NCBI GenBank assembly: GCA_963514005.1
Contig: OY740814.1
Location: 2,356,001 to 2,420,000 of the forward strand
Source: Raja brachyura
Lineage: Eukaryota
DNA: 64,000 bases
Reading direction: 5' to 3'
Program-made: the position numbers and the translations under genes
In this document: positions 23,131 through 35,822 of the stretch, piece after piece
Position numbering within the stretch: position 1 is the first letter of the stretch
How the letters are laid out: each line of letters opens with the position of its first letter
The notes under the pieces: generated by a model
Database searches by the model: none
Told to the model about the DNA's origin: nothing
What the model saw: only the letters and a program-made list of their open reading frames with translations

Positions 23131-23699
23131 CATAGACTTCGACAACACACAAAACAGGGACAATTTACACTTATATCAAGCTAATTGACCTACAAACCTG
23201 AACATCTTTGGAGTGTGGGTGGAAACCAAAAATCCCGGCGAACATCTTGTAAAAATTTGGAAAAGCAAACAGATATTACAGTGGCATTTAAGAGAATTTT
23301 AGATGAGCACATGAAAATAGAGGGATATGGATCGTGTGCAGGCGGGTGGGGTTAGTTTAACTGGGCATTGTGTTTGGTACAGACATTTTGGGCCAAATGG
23401 CCTGTTCCTGTGTAGTACTATTCTGCTTTTTCACAGACCCATACAGCGTGGAAACAGGCCCTTCAGCCCAACTTGCCCACACCGACCAACATGGCCCATC
23501 TACACTAGCCCCACCTGCCAGTGTTTGGTCCAGACCCCTCCAAACCTGTCCTATCCATGTACCCGTCCAAATGTTTATTTAACATTGTGATAGTACCTGT
23601 GTTTTATGTTGCACAGGTGTATCGTGGCATTTAATGCTACCTTGCCCCCATTTAAAGGCAAACTCAGGTGCAGAGTTGGGGAGAAAAGAGCAAGATCGA

Positions 23700-23837
23700 T
23701 AATGTTTTATTATTAATGTTTAATGTTTTATGTGTCATTCCAAACAGTCACTCTATGTCATGTCACCTGCGGGCGGAGCACCAAGGCAAATTCCTTGTAT
23801 GTGAATACTTGGCCAATAAACCTATTAATTCATTCAA
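23700..23837 (+). mobile_element. LINE 3' end with AATAAA and ATTC-type tail (second copy 40443-40563, minus)
   Basis: Shared 'GGGCGGAGCACCAAGGCAAATTCCTTGTATGTGAATACTT.GCCAATAAAC'. Confidence 0.65.
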
Positions 23838-23884
23838 GAATATACAAATTAGACTTGTTAACATGATCAGTGTAGATTGTAAGT

Positions 23885-24057
23885 AGACAGAAATGCTGGA
23901 GAAACTCAGCGGGTGAGGCAGCATCTATGGAGTCTGAAAAAGGGTCTCGACCCGAAACGTCGCCTATTCATTCTCTCCATTGATGCTGCCTCACCCGCTG
24001 AGTTTCTCCAGCATTTTTGTCTACCTTTGGTTTTTCCAGCATCTGCAGTTCTTTCTA
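23885..24057. mobile_element. PLE pseudo-LTR inverted pair
   Basis: Hammerhead core with CUGAAAA (G8 mutated). GTGTAGATTGTAAG on both sides is a probable TSD. Confidence 0.75.
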
Positions 24058-24499
24058 CTCTACAGTGTAGATTGTAAGGAAGCTTTTGATGTTGTGTTAT
24101 GCTTATTACTGGAACTGTGTAACCTGTGGTTATATTCACATTCTGTTGTTAACTCTTGCACTCGGGTCATTGAGAAACCAATTTAAAATATAGAGTACGT
24201 ACTTTACACTGCAATGGTCAATGACAGTACATTTCACATAGTCAATGTCTCTCCTCCAACTTGATGCCAACATGAATAATTCACCTGCTGTGTGCACCTT
24301 CTCGGGTAAAGTGTAATAAGAATCCACCAGAACTAATCCAATGTTTACTTGTCGCTGAAGAGTTTCCACATAAACACCAACAAATTTCAAGCTGATAAAT
24401 ATTTACTGTGTACTTGCCAAGGAAATCTGCAGCCTAATTTTCCTTGTGACGTTTTTTGCAGTATCTTTGGCAGAAATGCGTTTTTTAGTTATGGCATGG

Positions 24500-24778
24500 C
24501 AAGAGGCCCTTCGGCCCACCAAGTCCGCGCTGACCAGCGATCACCAGCATACACTAGTTCTATCCTACACTCTAGGGAAAGTTTACAGAGGCCAATTAAC
24601 CTACTAACTTGCACGTCTTTGGAGTGTGGGAGGTAACCAGAGCACCCGGAGAAAACCTATGAGGTGACAAGGAGAATGTGCAAACTCTGCACAGACAGCA
24701 CCCATAGTCAGGATCGAACCCGGGTCTCTGGCGCTGTAGGGCAGCAAATCTACCGCTGCGCCACCGTGCCGCCCCCAA
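24500..24778 (-). mobile_element. HE1 SINE full length
   Basis: Consensus similarity. Confidence 0.9.
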
Positions 24779-25344
24779 ATCGAGTAGAACATTTCAGGGC
24801 TTTGGAAAACGGTATAGACTGAGAAGACACTAGAGGCTGTAAGAAACTGGAATCTTGTAAAAAAAAATACAAAAGACATTGTCCTTCAGTCTAGCCTTTC
24901 AGAAGGACAGGACCGGTGCATCAAAGGATGGCAGCTTTCTGGTAAATATTTATCTCTCAGCCAGCATGATGAAGATATATTAACTGGCCATTATTACATT
25001 GTGGTTTGGATAATTTTGCCAAGTGAAGATAAGTTGGCACATATCCTGCATCACTCTAATGACTCCACTTCACAAATTGTCTGCCAAGCACTTTGTCTTT
25101 TACTTTGAGCCATCCCTCGGCATTGAGAGTGACTTGCTTCTCCTTGGGTCTGAGAAGAGTCCCGACCCGAACCGTTGCCTATCCATGTTCTCCACAGATG
25201 CTGCCTGACCGACCCGCTGAGTTACTCCAGCACTCTGTGAAACGTCACCTATCCATGTTCTCCGCAGATATTGCCTGACCGACCCGCAGAGTTACTCCAG
25301 CACTCTGTGTCTTCCCTTTGTAGATTAGTAATGGCGGCCCATAG

Positions 25345-25630
25345 GCATAGCGGTAGAGTAGCTGATCACACCGTCGGAGACCAGGGTTCAATCCTGACCT
25401 CGGATGCTGTCTGTATGGAGTTTGCATGTTCTCCCTGTGTCCGCATAGGTTTTCTCCAAGTGCTCCAGTTTCCTCCCACATCCCAAAGATGTGCAGGTTT
25501 GTAGGTTAATTATTATCTGTAAATCGCCCCTAGTGCATAGGAAGCGAGACTATCTGCGGGTGATCGATGGTCAAGGAGGACTCAGTGGGCTGAAGGGCCT
25601 GTTTCCATGCTGTATCTCTAAACTAAACTA
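25345..25630 (+). mobile_element. HE1 SINE
   Basis: Consensus similarity; CTAAA tail. Confidence 0.8.
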
Positions 25631-25814
25631 AGAAATTGAATTTTCTTCCATGATCTAAAGACCCAGATCTGGCCAACCCCCCCCCCCCCCCCCCCAGCTG
25701 ACCCATCTCCAGCTCAGGGGTTACCTACTATCCTGCAATCTGGAGTCAACAATCAGTCCTCATTCACTAAATGATCAATGATCTCCCACCCACTATAAGG
25801 TGGGGGGGGGGGGG

Positions 25815-26150
25815 ATATGATTCAATAGGAGCCTAAGGGTTAACCTTTTTCACACAAAGGGTGGTGGGTGTATGGAATGAGCTACTTGTAGTTGAGGCTG
25901 GGACAATCGCACCGTTTAAGGAACATTTGGACAGGTATATGAATAGGACAAGTTTAGAGGGATATGGGCAGGTGCACTAGTGTAGATGGGACATGTTGGT
26001 TGTTGTGGGCATGTTGGGCCGAAGGGCCTGTTTCCACACTATGAGTCACTAGCTCTCTCTGACTCTCTGTGAGAATGACTATGGCTCTATATGATTATGG
26101 CTCCATGGCTATATGGCCCTATGAATTTATGGTTCAATGTCTCTCTGACT
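25815..26150 (+). mobile_element. CR1 3' end with degenerate octamer (CTATGACT/CTATGGCT) tail expansion
   Basis: CR1 terminus followed by ~100 bp of octamer-like repeats. Confidence 0.8.
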
Positions 26151-26249
26151 CTGCCCCTGACGGTGGCTCCAGGAGCAATCCCCTGGTTGGCCGCTCCAGG
26201 GCTGCTTGGCTAAGGCGAGGCGGTGATCTACAAGAATTATTGTTTCCAA

Positions 26250-26600
26250 ATTAATAGATGTTCATTTTAATAAATTAGTGGGGGACGAGACTCAGTTTCG
26301 CCAACATTAATAATTGAAAACCATGTCAAATTTGTAACATGAACAGCAACTAATGCAAAGCTGTAAATAGATTAATTTATGCAGATTACTAGCAATAATG
26401 TCAAGGCAGATTAGAAGAATATTTCATTTGCATGTTAAAATTCAATATTTCTGCTCTTCAAAAACATAGATGCGATGTGCAAACTGCATGTTAATCTGCT
26501 ACTGAATATTAACATAAAAAGCTGCAATCTTTTGATAAATATCAATGTGTTAACTCTGGAAATGGGGTCCTTAAATCTGCCTTAGTAAAGGCTTTCCATT
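26250..26600. promoter_or_regulatory. Candidate conserved non-coding element/enhancer
   Basis: Repeat-free, AT-rich; octamer ATTTGCAT, TAATGCAAA and several TAAT/ATTA cores. Confidence 0.35.
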
Positions 26601-26992
26601 CATACATGAAGAATGTTTCAAGTAATTGCCCACTGATTGCATCTGATACTGACAGTTGGCAGTGGAATGGAGATTGTCAACCATGTGAAAACTGTGGGAC
26701 TATTGTCTCCTTCATCCTTGCTGCTGGTGAGAAGGTTTGGATCAGTTTAGTTCAGTCTGCAGAGGATCCCAACCCGAAAATTCACCCATTCCTTCTCTCC
26801 AGAGATGCTGCCTGTCCCGCTGAGTTACTCCAGCATTTTGTGCCTGTCTTCGTTCAGTCCAGTTTAGTTTAATTTAGTTCAGTTCAGTGATAGAACACAG
26901 AAACAGGCCCTTTGGTCCACCAAGTCTGTGCCGACCAGTGATCCCCACGTGCTAAAACCATCCTACACACACTCGGGACAATTTACAATTAT

Positions 26993-27198
26993 TATTATTT
27001 TTTTACATAATATATTTTTATTAGAGGTAAACAATAAATTGGCAAACACATATTATGGTAGAAATATTTCGTGTACATCAATCATACATTATTAATATTA
27101 TCAATTGAATAATTCTGCCTCTAATTGTTTTTTTAATACATTATGAGTAATAAAAAAGAAAGAGAGAGAAAAAAAGAGGAAAAAAGATTGTTATTACT
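26993..27198 (-). mobile_element. 5'-truncated AT-rich LINE 3' end inserted in a SINE
   Basis: TSD AATTTACAATTAT on both sides; AATAAA and (AAT)n tail on minus. Confidence 0.6.
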
Positions 27199-28324
27199 AA
27201 TTTACAATTATACCAATTAACCTACAAACCCATAGCCAACAAAATTAATTGATTGAAAGATACAGCATGGAAACATGGAAACATTCAGCCCACCGTGTCC
27301 ACGCCGACCATCGATCACCTGTTCACACTAGTTCTATGCTATCCCACTCTCATGCAAATGCAGAAGCCAATTAACCTACAAACCCACATGTTTTTAGAAC
27401 GTGGGAGGAAATTCGTCTGGTCACAGGGTGATCATGCAAAGTTCACAGAGACAGAACCTGAGGTCGGGATTGAACCCGGGTGTTTGGCGCTGTGAGATAG
27501 CTGCTCCACTGTGCTGTTCCACAACCTGGTGACCTGAGGGAATACGGTGCTCTTTCATCTTCTGCCTCAGGGATATGAATTATTCAATGAAGTTCTGGAG
27601 CCAGAAGCAAAGTAATGGAGACACACGAAACTACCCCGTGACCACGTAGGGTTTCCCCGAGTGCTCTGGTTTCCTCCCACACTCCAAAGGAGTACAGGTT
27701 TGTAGGTGAATTGGCTTGGTGAATTTTTTAATTGTCCCTAGTGTGTGTAGGATAGTGTTAGTGTACAGAGTGATCGCTGGTCGGTGTGGATTCGGAGTAG
27801 ACTTGATGGGCCAAATGGCCTAATTCTGCCCGTATAACTCAAGAGGTTATATTTACGAGGTATCTGATCGTACCTGCCTCAACTACCTCCTCTGGAAGTG
27901 GCAGATTTTTGGTAGATTTTGCAGAATTGTTCATAAGTTCGAGGAACAGAATTAGGCCATTCGGCCCATCAAGTCTACACCATTCAGTCAAGGCTGATCT
28001 ATTTCTCCCTCTCAACCCCATTCTCCTGCCTTCTCCCCATAACCCTTGACACCCGTACTAATCAGGAATCTATCCATCTCGGCCTTAAAAATACCTATTG
28101 ACGGTCTCCACAGCCTTCTGTGGCAAAGAATTCCACAGATTCACCACCGATATTGTGCCGATATCATTTGCTGTGCTTGTTGATGGAATTCGCTTTGAAT
28201 GGTCATTGAAAAGCAGGTACATGTCTCTTTACTGTGGATTCACAGACACGCCCCAGTTTACCTGTTAATCCACACATTTTAACTAAATGAAAAGTAGACC
28301 ATTCAGGAACACCAAGCCTGTACA

Positions 28325-28982
28325 ACCCTCTCACTCCATTCCTCCCCCACCTGTCGCTGTACTCACTTCATTGTCGTCTTGTTAAGTCTCATTGTCTGCA
28401 GCTCGTTTTCACCAAAATCACAGCTAACAATGGCCTGTCTCCTTTATAATCCTTATTTTTGCTTATCCTTCATTCATTTGTTCTAAAGATAGACACAAAA
28501 TGCTGGAGTAACTCAGCGGGACAGGCAGCATCTCTGGAGAGAAGGAATGGGTGACGTTTCGGGTCCAGACCCTTCTTCAGACTTTGCTCGACATATTTTC
28601 TACATCGTGTTAAAGAAGGAACTGCAGATGCTGGAGAATCGAGGGTTACAGCAGTCTGAAGAAGGGTCTCGACCCGAAACGTCGCCTATCTCCTTTGCCC
28701 CTTAGATGCTGCTGCACCCGCTGAGTTTCTCCAGCATTTTTGTGTAACCCCATATTTTCTACATCTCCGCCTATATCACTCGTTTTCCCTTTCCTCTGAC
28801 TCTCAGTCTGAAGAAGGGTCTCGACCCAAAACGCCACCCGTTCCTTCTCTCCATAGATGCTCCCTGTCCCGCTGAGTTTCTCCAGCATTTTTGTGGCAGT
28901 TCTTTCTTAAACAGTCTGAAGAAGGGTCTCGACCCAAAACATCGCCTATTCCTTCCATCCAAAGATCCAGCATTTTGTGCCT
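28325..28982. mobile_element. Cluster of nested PLE pseudo-LTR fragments
   Basis: Four hammerhead-like cores; intact at 28554-28580 (minus) and 28656-28683 (plus). Confidence 0.8.
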
Positions 28983-30321
28983 GTCCTGGGCGTGTACCTT
29001 AATGTTCATGGAACAGTTTCATGTCGGTAACCTAATGGGTTATAATGTATGAGGCCAGCATTGCATTGCAGACTGTGGCATGATTAAACGAGGGGGGGGG
29101 GGGATAGGTTGCAAGGTTGTGGACAATGCATCGAACGCATTCTCCTTCTCGTTAGCGGGAACATAGAAGCTGAAACACATCTCGGCCAATCCCAATGCAA
29201 GGAGCTGGCCATTCAGAAACATCCCCGGTAATTAATTACAAACATCAATTTCAGGCTTAATAAGTTGCGCCGACCTGCTGGAAGGAATTGAATGAAAGAG
29301 CTCAGTGGCAGAGGGGATGATATGGGAATTAATGGGTATGTAAATTGCATTTTGTTTTTGCAAACCCATTAGACGGAACTGTCTTTAGAGGACGGATTGC
29401 AGTATCAGAGTGCCTGTCATTTGTTGCAGCCTTAAACCCATTACAATAATTCCTCTGGGACTCGCCTCGCCTCTCAGGCACGGCATTGGCAGGTTGTACA
29501 GCGCGACCCTCGCCCGTGATTACAGGAGCCTCTTCCAATCGATGTGTGGACGGGTGCAGCCCTTTCCCAGCTCTTGCTGTTCGTGGCAGCCCGCGTTGGT
29601 CAGACTGTCCAGAGGGATTCCCTCTCGGTGTCCGGCTCCCGGTAAGACCACGTCCTTCCCAAGCAGTCGGTGCCTTGGATCAAGAACGTTTTAGTTGTTG
29701 CTTTCTCCCCTCCCCTCGACACCCCACCCCACCGAATAAGGTTTGTTGCAGCCTCTCTGGCTACCATGGCGATAGAGTGGATCGCCTGCTCCTGTGTGTG
29801 TGTGTGTAGTAAGCTGCTGTAACCATGGTGAGAGAAGGGTTCTTCCAGTCGCCAGCCATAGACGGGAGGGATTTCCTCTGCTCCTGTCACTATGTGGTGT
29901 TATCAAGCAACACTAATTAATAACCTCATGTTTTTGTGCGCCTACAACTAACTGCTTCAAGTGAAGTTAGATTACTCCGCGTTCACTGTGGTAATTGTGA
30001 TGGAAATCAGGCTTTTAAATGTGAGTATTCCTCTGTTAAAACAATGTGTCTGCAGGTCTGGGAGGTAGAGGGGTTGGTCACAAGGAAACCACCAGCCAGT
30101 ATTACCACTGAGGGTTTTTACAATCCATTCAGCACATTGCTACATGTTTCTGACTATTTTCTTTTCCAAAGGAGCTTGTAATTTATGCTTGCGTTTCTCC
30201 TCCCCGTGAACAATAACTTGACTGTCTCCGACTTCACCGGTATGTTTGCGAGGAAATCACTAAGACTTTAATGCCTGCTTTTCAATTCCACAAGTGCCCG
30301 GCGGTGAACAACACTAATTCA

Positions 30322-30685
30322 TCGAAGATAGACACAAAAAGCTGGAGTAACTCAGCGGGACAGGCAGCATCTCTGGAGAGAAGGGACGGGTGAAGTTTCG
30401 GGTCGAGACCCTTCGTCAGACTGAGAGTCGGGTGAGAGGGAGACGTAGAGATATGGACGGGTAAGATGTGGAAGCGAGACATCAAAGAAGACAAAGGTCA
30501 AGGAACATGTGGAATAGATGATTGTTCGCTCGGGGAAAGTGACAATGAAGCAAACAAAGATAACAGTTAATCAGGAGGACCGTCAGACTGGTTGGAGAAC
30601 TAGGATGGGTGAGGGATGGAGAGAGAGAGAGGGAAAGCAAGGGTTGCTTCAAGTTGGAGAAGTCAATATTCATACAGCTGGGGTG
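30322..30685 (-). mobile_element. Penelope-like pseudo-LTR, near complete
   Basis: 'MNIDFSNLK' ORF end, pyrimidine-rich UTR, CUGACGA core, terminus. Confidence 0.85.
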
Positions 30686-30824
30686 CCAAGCACTGGCATC
30701 TTCGTGCTTCCAACTCTGAATGGATTGTTCTGGGATTAAATGTGTTCATTCGTTCTAAGCAACAAGATAGTTTTTCACCATTCCTCGGCACACGTGACAA
30801 TAGACTAAGCTAAACTAAGACTCG

Positions 30825-31533
30825 GGAGGCACGGTGGCGCAGCGGTAGAGTTGCTGCCTCACAGCGCCAGAGACCCAGGTTCGATCCTGACTACGGGTGC
30901 TGTCTGTAAGGAGTTTGCACGTTCTCCCTCTGACCGCGTGGGTTTTCTCCAGGATCTCCGGTTTCTCCCACGTTCCAAAGAAACACAGGTTAGTAGAAAC
31001 ATAGAAATTAGTTGCAGGAGTAGGCCATTCGGCCCTTCAAGCCTGCACCGCCATTCAATATGACCATGGCTGATCATCCAACTCGGTATCCCGTACCTGC
31101 CTTCTCTCCATACCCTCTGATCCCCTTAGCCACAAGGGCCACATCTAACTCCCTCTTAAATATAGCCAATGAACTGGCCTCAACTACCCTCTGTGGCAGA
31201 GAGTTCCAGAGACCCACCACTCTCTGTGTGAAAAAATTCCTTCTCATCTCGGTCCTAAAGGATTTCCCCCTTATCCTTAAGCTGTGACCCCTTGTCCTGG
31301 ACCTCCCCAACATCGGGAACAATCTTCCTGCATCTCACCTAGTACCTACTCATCTCATCTAGGGTCTCATCTAGCATCTCACATACTACATCTAGTAGGT
31401 TAATTGTCTTTATATAGTTGTAAATTGTCCCTAGTGTGTGTGTAGGTAGTGTAAATATGCAGGGACTGCCCGTCGGCACGGACTCGGTGGGCTGAAGGGC
31501 CTGTTCCCATTGTATCTGTAAACTAAACTAAAC
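30825..31533. mobile_element. HE1 SINE (plus) interrupted by CR1 3' end (minus, 30995-31335)
   Basis: 'RTRGHSLRIRGKSFRTEMRRNFFTQRVVGLWNSLP' lies between the SINE halves. Confidence 0.88.
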
Positions 31534-32523
31534 TCCTTTTCTGCTTTAGGTTTCATTAATTGACTACTTGCACATTCATAAATCATAGGAGCAGAATGAG
31601 GCCATTTGGCCCATCGAATCTCCTCCACCATTCAATAATGGCTGCTCTCTTTCCCATTCTCCTGCCTTCTCCCCATGACCTTTGACACCCCCTTACTAAT
31701 CACAAACCTGTCTATCTCCATCTTAAAAATACCCAATGACTTGGCCACCACAGCCCTCTGTGACCATGAATTCCACAGATTCACCACCCTCTGGCTAAAG
31801 GCTGATTGAATGGCGGATGAGACTTGATGGGCCGAATGGCCCAATTCTGCTCCTATCATTTATGATTTAATGACCTTATGAAGACTATCTTCCGGGGCAG
31901 CAGAGCGATGCAGTTGGTTCAAGTTGAGTCGCTGTCTCAGAGATCCAGTGACCTAGGCTCAATTCTGTCCTCCAGGTTTTCATGCTCTTATGCGGGGGTT
32001 CCCCATGTTGCCCGGTTTCCTCCCACATACCAAAGATGTAAAGGTTGGTCGGTTTATTGGCCATTGTAATCTTCCTCTGCTCTGCAGGTGAGTCGATGAA
32101 TCGGGGGAGTTGAGGAGAACTTATTGACAATAGGTGGCAGGGTAAAATGAGTGAGGAATGAGATTGCTGCATGAGCTGGCATGGACACGATGGGCAGAAT
32201 TGCCTCATGAAATGCGTGTGTGGGGGGTGGGTGGGTGGGGGGTGGGGGGGGGGGCGAAGCAAGCAAAACAACAGGTCAAATGTCCCTTTGTATTATGTGC
32301 TTTGGGTGGGGAATGTTTGAAGTGTATAACTGAACAAAGGGCTGGATATTGCAGGTGTACTTAAGGTCAGGCCAAGAAGGCTGTTCACTACCATCTGTTC
32401 GAGGACAATTAAAGACTGGTCAATAATGGTCTTATTGATGCCTGTAGATCCTGAGAATGAATATTTAAAATAATGCAAAGGTGGCAGAAATAGATAACTG
32501 CCCCCAAACAGGTAGATGAAGCA

Positions 32524-32768
32524 TGTAGGAAGGAACTGCTGGAAGATGCTGGTTTAAACCCAAGATAGACCCAAAATGCTGGAGAAAGTCAGCGGGACAG
32601 GCAGCATCTCTGGAGAGAAGGAATGGGTGACGTTTTGGGCCGAGACCTTCGTCAGACTCCTTCTTCCTTGGTCTGAAGGAGGGTCTCGACCCAAAACATC
32701 ATCCTTCCTCCTATCCAGAGATGATGCCTGTCCCGCTGACTTTCTCCAGCATTTTGGGTCTATCTTGA
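32524..32768. mobile_element. PLE pseudo-LTR inverted pair
   Basis: Arms share private variants (e.g. AAAGTCAGCGGG / CCCGCTGACTTT). Confidence 0.8.
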
Positions 32769-33581
32769 GTTGGGTGAAGAAACTGTTCTATCAAGAGTCT
32801 GTATTCTGTGGAGTTGAGATGAATGAGGGGTGACCTTATCAGACATATCAGATGTTCACTAGTGGGAAAGTGACCAACTTAGGACATACCTACATAAATA
32901 AGGGACAGCCGCTTAACCTGGGGTGCGTAGAAATGTCTGCTCTCAGAATGGAATAGAAGGAATGCTTTGTGAAACATAGGCACAGTGAAATTCTTCGCTT
33001 CCATACGCAATGTATAGAAATAGCGGCCACCTTCGCCGCTGGCAAAGTTACAAAGCACGCTGGCTCCTCCTTTGTTCCTCCCCCCAACCCCCCCCCCCCC
33101 CCCCCCCATAGCGGCTCCTCCATTGTCCATAGTTCTTCCCCCTCCCTCACAGCGGTCCCCCCACGCTCTCATCGGCTGCCGACCTCGGGGTTCCTTCTCC
33201 GCTGAATCCTGAAAGACTCTGTCCCCGCCTGCGGAGTGCTGTAGAGATATTCCACAGGGAGGAAGAGATCATGCTGAATGAATGAGAATGTTTGAGGGAC
33301 CAGGTCGCTTGCTCCTGCTCACTATTGTCTGGTGAAATAAGGTGGGAGGAAAACCAATATTAACCACTTGGGCTAAATAGTCGGTTCCTGGACTCTTACA
33401 CGTACTGTAGTCTACGCTATGAGTGTGATGTAGTATATTCTGAATTTGGTACTTCTATGCTACAAACTGCCCTCACTGACAGCACTTTGGGTGACAACGC
33501 AACAGCAGCTCGTCTGGCGAGGGAATGATCACACGCTGACTCACCCAGGATATAGCTGCGGCTTTAATTAAAATGTAATTT

Positions 33582-34109
33582 AATTTAATCTGCCCTCCAG
33601 TTCCTCAGTGGGTGGGTCTGTATCTGAGTCCCATCATTTACTGGGAAAGGATGAATCCAAACTCTTTTGAAATCTCGAGGTTTTGCCAGCTGACTCTTAC
33701 CATCTCCCGGTTGTTCAGTTGCAGAACGAACAAATCCGGACCCTAAAGTCGTCTCTGTTAAGAAGGATCTTGACCGGAAACGTCACCTATTAATTTGCGC
33801 CGTAGTTGCTGTCTCACCTGCTGAGTTTCTCCCAGCATTTTTGTCTACCTCCGATTTTCCCAGCATCTGCAGTTCTTTCTTAAACACTCTGTTAAGATTT
33901 GGGAGGTTCTTCTGGGAGATAGGTTCAGTTTGGTCCATCGAGACCAAACAGTGAAGGTTTCGGACACGATTTTCATTGTAAGATGATCATAATTTAATTA
34001 TAGCCAGGAATATTGTAACCGGGAAGTTTGAAATCTTGTGCTGCAGCATCAAAGGGTTGGGCAGAGAAAATGTGTAGGAAGGAACTGTGGATGCTGGTTT
34101 ACACTGAAG
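33582..34109 (-). repeat. Longer copy (probable source) of the segment duplicated at 9682-9994
   Basis: Contains ~80 bp absent from the 9.7 kb copy plus a later PLE insertion. Confidence 0.9.
33764..33886 (+). mobile_element. 5'-truncated PLE pseudo-LTR with TSD
   Basis: CTCTGTTAAGA at 33753-33763 and 33887-33897. A single copy of the site is present in the paralogous segment. Confidence 0.85.
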
Positions 34110-34817
34110 ATGGACAAAAAATGCTGGAATATCTCAGTGGGTCCGGCAGCATCTCTGGAGAAGCTGAAAAATCTGTCTTCATAACTAACAAACAAACAGT
34201 CTGAAGAAGGGTTCGGACTCGAAACATCCCCATTCCTTCTCTCTAGAGATGCTGCCTGTCCCGCTGAGTTACTCCAGCATTTTGTGTCTAACAGAGTTGG
34301 GGCTTGGTATCTCCTGTCCACACTCCCACTGCACACAGCGACTCGCAGATTCACTGGGTTGTTGAGATATCTTAACAGGCTAAAGGCTGAGGTTACCAGG
34401 ATGTTGACTCTCTTGCCTCCTCTCCTCCAGTGAGGTGACCTCACGGTCCCGTTAAGCTTAGAAATACAACGTGGAAACGGGTTCCAAAGGTTTGCAGTAT
34501 AATTGGCTTCTGTAAACTGTCCCTAGTGTGTGGGATAGAACTAGTGCACGGGTGATCGCTGGATGGCATGGACTCGCTGGGCCGAAGGGCCTGCTTCCAA
34601 CCCGCATCTCTAAACTACACTAAACTAAAAAACTCTTGTGTCTCGTGTAGCCAAACGAGCCACCTGAACTCTATGTAACCCGTGCTTGTTGAGTCATGTA
34701 TGTCATTGCAACACTGCTTCTAAATGTTACTAGCTGCTTGAGCAGAAGTGAGAGCTCTCACATCTAACGAGGAAACAGATTGCAACCAGATGAGACGCCA
34801 ATAAGTCAGCTTTGATA

Positions 34818-35052
34818 ATGTTTAAGAAAGAACTGCAGATGCTGGAAAAATCGAAGTTAGACAAAAATGCTGGAGGAACTCAGCGGGTGAGGCAGCATCC
34901 ATGGAGAGAAGGAATAGGTGACGTTTCGGGTCGAGACCCTTCTTCAGATGAGACTTCTGTAGAAGGGTCTCGACCTGAAACGTCGCCTATTCCATCTCTC
35001 CATAGATGCTGCCTCACCTGCTGAGTTCCATCAGCATTTTTGTTTACCTTCA
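34818..35052. mobile_element. PLE pseudo-LTR inverted pair
   Basis: Intact hammerhead core on minus at 34920-34947. CAGCTTT(G/T)ATAATGTTTA on both sides is a likely TSD. Confidence 0.8.
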
Positions 35053-35256
35053 GCTTTTATAATGTTTATTTTCTTTCTCAAGCCTGGAGGAGCAGCACAG
35101 CTCCTGATTAGGGAAGGTTTGATTTCTTCCTGCACTGATAGCAGGAGGTTTAACAGAGGAACAGGCCACAGGAACCACTGATTCTCCTGGGGTGAATGGT
35201 CTGGTAGCTGGTGGGAATTAGATGAGTTCTGGGTGAGTTTCTAATGTAAACCTTTA

Positions 35257-35532
35257 TGGGCTGTCCCACTTGGCGATTTTTTAGGCAACTGCCGGCGGCT
35301 GTCATAGTTGTAGCAGGTCGCCGAAAAACCGGCGACAACCTACGTCATCCTGGCGACAGCGCCTACGTTAGGAGAAGTCAAGCTACGCTCATTGGCGTCA
35401 AACCCACTGTCGCTGAACATTTAGCGGTGACCAGAAAGACGCTACGACTTATTGCGCTACTGAGGAGACGACTCCCGGCGAACATGTGGCGACAAACTAG
35501 TCCCCAGTAGTTGTCTAATTGGGACATGCCCA
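35257..35532. mobile_element. Harbinger-type MITE (family A)
   Basis: TGGGCTGTCCCA / TGGGACATGCCCA TIRs; TTA TSD. Confidence 0.8.
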
Positions 35533-35539
35533 TTAGTCT

Positions 35540-35822
35540 TTAGAGATACAATGTTGAAACAGGCCCTTCAGCCCACCGAGTCTACGTGACAATTGATCAT
35601 CCCGTACACCAGCAATATCCCACACACTAGGAACAATTTTGCAACTTAATGAAACCAATTAATCTACAAACCTATACGTTTTTTGGAATTTGGAAGGAAA
35701 CCGGAGCACCCGGAGAAAACCCACGTGGTCACAGGGAGAACGTACAAACTCCATACAGTGATCTGGATTGTACCCGGGCCTCTGGTGCTGTAAGGCAGCA
35801 ACTCTACCGCTGCACCACCGTA
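35540..35822 (-). mobile_element. HE1 SINE
   Basis: Consensus similarity. Confidence 0.85.

Noticed and set aside
33643-33723. Segment missing from the 9.7 kb paralogue as a spliced intron
   Set aside because: Boundaries are not GT...AG in the inferred transcript direction; a simple deletion is more likely.
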